Source of the DNA: Candidatus Omnitrophota bacterium
GTDB taxonomy: Bacteria > Omnitrophota > Gorgyraeia > Zapsychrales > JANLHA01
Length of the DNA stretch: 64,000 nt
Direction of reading: 5' to 3'
Assembly (NCBI GenBank): GCA_029560465.1
Contig: JAKQKX010000045.1
Location: 216,260 to 280,259, forward strand
Below, in pieces: positions 59,734 through 64,000 of this stretch (the first letter of the stretch is position 1; every line of letters starts with the position of its first letter). The notes beneath the pieces are model-generated. The model ran no database searches and was not told where the DNA came from. It saw only the letters and a list, made by a program, of their open reading frames with translations. The translations under genes were made by a program, and so were the position numbers.

Positions 59734-59818
59734 CGGGTTATTAAATTTTTTAACCGGATCTTCAGGGCCACGCAGCCCAAAGCGCGGCCGGTGAACGGAA
59801 TTGACTTCCCCGAGGGCG

Positions 59819-60427
59819 CTACCGCTCGAATTTCACGACACCCTGCCACCATTGGCTGCTGTCCCATCGCCGGAGCCGGGCCCAAAGCTGACGGGCGTTT
59901 TTTGTCTTCAGGAACCGCGGAGCCGTTTTAAAAAACAACTTGGCAGCACAATGGCCTTGATCGTAGTACTCTTTCGCCTGGACCAGGCATTCCAGGATAT
60001 CCGCGTCCCGGGCGACCAAACTTTCTTTTGTCTGCTGGACATCATATTCCGCCCTCATCAGCTCCAGCGCCTTCTTGACCCGGGCATCCAGCGCCGCGAC
60101 CTGGTCTTTAAAAACTTTCTGTTCCGCAGACTTAAAATCAATATAATAATGCCCCATTTTGTGCAAATCATTGATCCGGGCTTCATGAATATCATTAAAC
60201 AAAGACATCGTGACCACTTTAAAAGGATCAACCCCCTCAAGGTACGCCAGATAATACCCGATCACCGCGGTCCGGAAAGAATGCCCGGCGACAGATTCCG
60301 GGTCTTTGATGCCAGCCACCCACCACCCGCTGCGCTTGATCCGTTTCAGCAGCCCGGCTTCCGCGAAAAAATTCAGAGCCTCGTCCGTCCCTTGTTTCCC
60401 GGCACAGGACCGTTCTCTCCCTTTCAT
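59819..60427 (-). CDS. YfbR/HDDC2-like HD-domain protein (HD motif reads ND)
   Basis: LKRIKRSGW, ESVAGHSFR, NDIHEAR.ND, DAD.LE. Confidence 0.85.
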   Translation of the reverse strand: MKGRERSCAGKQGTDEALNFFAEAGLLKRIKRSGWWVAGIKDPESVAGHSFRTAVIGYYLAYLEGVDPFKVVTMSLFNDIHEARINDLHKMGHYYIDFKSAEQKVFKDQVAALDARVKKALELMRAEYDVQQTKESLVARDADILECLVQAKEYYDQGHCAAKLFFKTAPRFLKTKNARQLWARLRRWDSSQWWQGVVKFER

Positions 60428-61158
60428 GCCCGCCGCCCTTTCTGCCTGATGATTTCATAAATAACAACCGTGACCGCGTGCGCGACATTCAAAGACATCC
60501 GCGGTTGAGCCATGGAGACCGTCACTTCCTTGTCAGCGAGTTTTAACAACACAGGCCGGACGCCTTTTTGTTCCGATCCGATCACGAGGCCGCATAAATC
60601 CGGGAAAGCGACACCGGTCAAAGGGGCCCCGCCCTGCACAACCGTCGCGGCGATCCAATACCCCTCCTCTTTGGATTGCCTGATCGCCTGGCCCAAATTA
60701 CTGACTTTAGAGACTTTCACATAATTATCCCCGCCGCAGGCGACCCGCAACACTGCTTCCGTCACCGCCACGGACTTGTGCGTGGGGAGCACAATCACAA
60801 AATCCCCCAAACAGGCCATAGTCCTGATCATGCCTCCCAGATTCTGAGGATCGGTCAACTCATCCAGAAAAATCAAAGTGGCTTTCTTCTTTTTCGCCCA
60901 GGTTAACGCCTCGCCGAACGGCGTATAAACAAAATCATCAACATCAAAAATAACCCCCTGGGTATTGGCGCTCCTCGCCATTTTTAAAATCTTGCTTCTC
61001 GGGACAATAACGACAGGGATCCCCCACTGCCGGGCCTTCTTTTGAAAATAGCCCGCGTCCGGATGCCCCTCCTGGAGAGTGATCCTGCGGATACTCTGAG
61101 GCTTTGTTTTAAGCCTCTCTAAAACAGGATTGTTTCCATAAAGCCTCATAATGCCCAT
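60424..61158 (-). CDS. TrmH-family 23S rRNA methyltransferase (RlmB-like)
   Basis: YG.NPV.E, TDPQNLG..IR, GSEQKG, SLNVA. Confidence 0.88.
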   Translation of the reverse strand: MGIMRLYGNNPVLERLKTKPQSIRRITLQEGHPDAGYFQKKARQWGIPVVIVPRSKILKMARSANTQGVIFDVDDFVYTPFGEALTWAKKKKATLIFLDELTDPQNLGGMIRTMACLGDFVIVLPTHKSVAVTEAVLRVACGGDNYVKVSKVSNLGQAIRQSKEEGYWIAATVVQGGAPLTGVAFPDLCGLVIGSEQKGVRPVLLKLADKEVTVSMAQPRMSLNVAHAVTVVIYEIIRQKGRRA

Positions 61159-61166
61159 CCTAAATC

Positions 61167-61445
61167 CTAATCGGAATCAGGCGCGACCAAGGTTGTCCGG
61201 TGATACCGGGCATCCAATTGCTGTTTGCGCTCCTTATATTCCACATAGGTTATCTTTTTGTTGAGGTATTCCCGGTCCAATTCGTCTACCGCGCGCTGAT
61301 ATCTCAAGTAGCCCGGGTCCTGCAGAATGCTTCGAGACCCTGTTCCTGTCGAAGCGCAGCCGGCCAGAGAGGCGGTAAGGGCAACGATCAAAATCCAATC
61401 CCAGCCCCCATGAAACCAAGCCCTATTTGGCATTGTCTTCGTCAT
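61167..61445 (-). CDS. small lipoprotein (start uncertain)
   Basis: Lipobox LAGC; SHOCT-like YLNKKITYVEYKERK tail. Confidence 0.65.
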   Translation of the reverse strand: MTKTMPNRAWFHGGWDWILIVALTASLAGCASTGTGSRSILQDPGYLRYQRAVDELDREYLNKKITYVEYKERKQQLDARYHRTTLVAPDSD

Positions 61446-62190
61446 AAATCGATTCCATTTCTCCGCTGACACGGGTGACCGTCTTAATGGCCTTGGGAAA
61501 CAGCGCGAGCACCAGCGTGATAACGACCAGGCAGATCGAAAACCAAATGCACATCACGTCCATAACAGGCTGCCAGCCTTTCTCCCCGGCACACAGGTCC
61601 CGGTAAGCGCTCTTTTTCTTAGCCTGAATTTTTTTGCCCGCGAGCCATTTGAGGTTTGATTCCGTTTCCGTAATCCGGCCAGAAACGATATCATTGACCA
61701 CGGCCGAGTATTCACGGTTATATTCGCATTCATCCGGGTTATGCTCTTTCTGCCCGGCATACCGGATAAACTTACACTGGCACTTTTCGCAGTAAGTATT
61801 ATAAGTCAGGCGGAAAAAAATCGTATCCAAAATATTGTACACCACCCAGGGGATCAGGAAGAAAGAATAAACTGACAGCGGCTGAATCAGCGCGCGTTGG
61901 TACGTGCGGCCCATTTTATATTCATTCCGGCTGAACGTGTACATAAAACTGAACGTCCTGATTTTAAAATAATTCCCGATCAGGAACTGCGTCCGGGCAT
62001 GATTGTCCGAAGCCCGTCCGACAAAAAGTTTCCGGACAATGCCCTGGGCGATGCTGAACCCGGCCAGGAACGCCGGGGATTTCTTGGCCTCTTCCTGACG
62101 ATCCGTCGTCACGAGGATGGTGTCACAATAAAGGCAGCGGGCCCGCTCATCCATATGATACACAAGCTGACAACGGGGACATTTTTTCAA
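61423..62190 (-). CDS. hypothetical membrane protein with two zinc-ribbon-like Cys clusters
   Basis: CPRC..CLYC and CEKC..H..C clusters, two hydrophobic segments; AGGAG SD. Confidence 0.7.
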   Translation of the reverse strand: MKKCPRCQLVYHMDERARCLYCDTILVTTDRQEEAKKSPAFLAGFSIAQGIVRKLFVGRASDNHARTQFLIGNYFKIRTFSFMYTFSRNEYKMGRTYQRALIQPLSVYSFFLIPWVVYNILDTIFFRLTYNTYCEKCQCKFIRYAGQKEHNPDECEYNREYSAVVNDIVSGRITETESNLKWLAGKKIQAKKKSAYRDLCAGEKGWQPVMDVMCIWFSICLVVITLVLALFPKAIKTVTRVSGEMESIYDEDNAK

Positions 62191-62205
62191 GACACACTCC
62201 TTCGC

Positions 62206-62937
62206 CTACTTTTTGATCCCCAGCCATAAATAAAACAATGGCCGCAGGATGCTCCACCAACCGGTGATGGGTTTCATTTTCGTATATCCGAGTTTTTTGG
62301 CCGGATAAATTTTACTGACCCCCACTTCCACCACCCGATACCCTAAAGTCACCGCCTTATACAAAATGTAAGGCTCCAATTCATAGTGGTCCAGCCACGC
62401 CTGGTCGAGACTGATCCGCTTGTCCTGCAAAAGGCTCAACCGCATGGCCCGAAAGCCATTGGTCGTGTCCGTCATCTTCTTGCCGGTCATGATGGAAAAC
62501 AGCAACGGATGCAGGCGGGTCGCCCATTTCCGGTACAACGGCATATCGCCCCCGATGCGTTTCCCCGCCAGGTACCTTGACCCCTGCACCAGATCCGCCC
62601 CATCTGTCAAGACCGGCGCGAGAAGCTGCGGGATTTCCTCCGGGTTGTCTTTATCATTTCCCGCCATGACGACCAGGACATCGTATCGCTGGGCCTCGGC
62701 ATACCGTATCGCTGTTCTGATCGCAGCCCCGACTCCCTGCCGGGACGCGTGCCGGAGCGTCTTCACCCCCCGGTCCGCAAACGAGGCGATCATCTCTGTC
62801 GTCCCATCCGTTGAAGCATCGTCAACGATCAGGTAATCATAAGACTCCCGGCTCGGGCTGCGCAGAAAACGCTCAACAGCGTTCTTTAATTTAATGTCCT
62901 CATTAAACGCGACGGGACAGATTAAAACACGGCTCAT
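62206..62937 (-). CDS. GT2 glycosyltransferase (DPM1-like)
   Basis: PVAFNE, VDDASTDGT, GVGAA, GSRY, DTTNGFRA. Confidence 0.9.
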   Translation of the reverse strand: MSRVLICPVAFNEDIKLKNAVERFLRSPSRESYDYLIVDDASTDGTTEMIASFADRGVKTLRHASRQGVGAAIRTAIRYAEAQRYDVLVVMAGNDKDNPEEIPQLLAPVLTDGADLVQGSRYLAGKRIGGDMPLYRKWATRLHPLLFSIMTGKKMTDTTNGFRAMRLSLLQDKRISLDQAWLDHYELEPYILYKAVTLGYRVVEVGVSKIYPAKKLGYTKMKPITGWWSILRPLFYLWLGIKK

Positions 62938-62986
62938 CAGGTTATAAAATGAATTTCTATTCTTTGAAGACCGGGTTAAAAAAAGA

Positions 62987-63556
62987 TTAGCTTTCTAAAA
63001 GCACCAGACCTTTATCTGATAACCGGTACCGCCTCTGGCAATGGCCGCACCGATGCCCCTCATCCAGTTTCCGCCCGCAGCGGCACATGTACCCGTGAGA
63101 CTGCGCAGGGTTTCCGAAAAACAAGCCATAAGCCGGGACATCCCGGGTGACCACGCTCCCCGCGCCGATAAAAGCGTATTCCCCGATCGATATCCCGCAG
63201 AGGATCGTGGCATTGCTGCCGAGGGTAGCCCCCCGCTGAACCGTCGTGCGCTCCAGCACCCAGGCATCATCGCGGTGGCTGCGGGGATTCCGGTCATTGA
63301 TAAAAGCGGTATGCGCCCCGCAGAACACATCGTCGGCGATGGAAACCCCGTCAAAAACATTGACGCCGTTCTTCAGGGTCACATGGTTCCCGATAACCGC
63401 CCCTTTTTCGATATAACACCCGTCACAGATATTGCAGTGCGCCCCAATAACGGCCCCGCCCTGAATATTGGCAAAAGCCCATATCCGGGTTCCCTCCCCG
63501 ATCCTCGCCTGAGGGCTGACCAGCGCGGCGGGATGCTGAAAGATCGCTTCGCCCAT
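62987..63556 (-). CDS. WbpD-like sugar-nucleotide N-acetyltransferase
   Basis: Hexapeptide repeats, FINDRNPRS, GAGSVVT.DVP, C-terminal CxC..CxxC. Confidence 0.88.
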   Translation of the reverse strand: MGEAIFQHPAALVSPQARIGEGTRIWAFANIQGGAVIGAHCNICDGCYIEKGAVIGNHVTLKNGVNVFDGVSIADDVFCGAHTAFINDRNPRSHRDDAWVLERTTVQRGATLGSNATILCGISIGEYAFIGAGSVVTRDVPAYGLFFGNPAQSHGYMCRCGRKLDEGHRCGHCQRRYRLSDKGLVLLES

Positions 63557-63558
63557 TC

Positions 63559-64000
63559 TTATTGGACCTCTATCACGACTGGATTCCCATTCTGATTCAT
63601 CGACTGCTGCACGGCGCAGAGCGTTTTAACGACATCATACCCTTTGGCAGCGTCAGCGATGTCAGGATTTTCCCCCCTGCGCACCCGGTCAATGAAATAT
63701 TGCCCCTGGACTTTTAAAGGCTCCTGAACCCCTATATGCGGGATCGTGATGCTCCCCTCCCGGGACAGCAGCTGAAATTCGCCGTACGTTTCATAAAAGG
63801 TAGACGTTCTCTCAACGTGCTTATCGTACAATTTAATCGGCCCCATCTGATCCAGGTCATCCCAGATCACCATCTTTTTATCCCCCACGATCGTGATCTG
63901 CCGGACTTTGCGGGGGTCCAGCCAGCTGACATGAATGTTCACTAAAATATTATTCGGGTACTCAAGCGCGGCAAAGGCCAGATCTTCCAGGCTGGGGCCG
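63559..64000 (-). CDS. Gfo/Idh/MocA family oxidoreductase, C-terminal part (5' end beyond window)
   Basis: NIHVSWLDPRKVRQITIVG..KM..WDD, EPL; upstream of the acetyltransferase. Confidence 0.82.
   Translation of the reverse strand, partial: GPSLEDLAFAALEYPNNILVNIHVSWLDPRKVRQITIVGDKKMVIWDDLDQMGPIKLYDKHVERTSTFYETYGEFQLLSREGSITIPHIGVQEPLKVQGQYFIDRVRRGENPDIADAAKGYDVVKTLCAVQQSMNQNGNPVVIEVQ

Noticed and set aside
59660-59818. Possible structured ncRNA (6S or riboswitch) between the HD gene and the membrane gene
   Set aside because: Explained by one GC hairpin plus a candidate promoter; no family consensus recognised

Overview
This 64 kb window is mostly core chromosome from an LPS-producing diderm bacterium. 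Gene content and order suggest the PVC group, most likely Candidatus Omnitrophota (inference). Bases 1-36.8 kb are one co-directional minus-strand run, in transcription order: hisG, an unannotated bS22-like small ORF, a TPR protein, ispE, spoVG, tRNA-Gln, glmU, prs, rplY, pth, rpsF, ssb, rpsR, rplI, dnaB, bamA, skp, lpxD, lpxC-fabZ, lpxA, lpxI, lysS, lolC/E, lolD, ilvE, mcsA, mcsB, clpC, an AsmA/TamB-like gene, radA, a PIN-TRAM gene, ispD, ispF, cysE, cysS, tmk, holB, ricT and a partial metG. Bases 37-64 kb mix envelope chaperone/redox genes, rmuC, an ABC-F ATPase, rRNA modifiers, a GH5 hydrolase, a PAS hybrid kinase-Hpt phosphorelay, a TMTC-like glycosyltransferase, hypothetical membrane proteins and the end of a sugar-nucleotide locus. 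I found no CRISPR array, prophage, transposase or recognisable defence system, and I cannot claim a clear new multi-gene system. The best leads are three small ORFs missed by the ORF track (one bS22/mS38-like), a CysE with an apparent membrane anchor, a McsAB-ClpC operon lacking ctsR and carrying an envelope gene, a cluster of palindromes between lpxA and lpxI, a divergent small-membrane-protein / DUF4032-like-PilZ pair, and several active-site variants.
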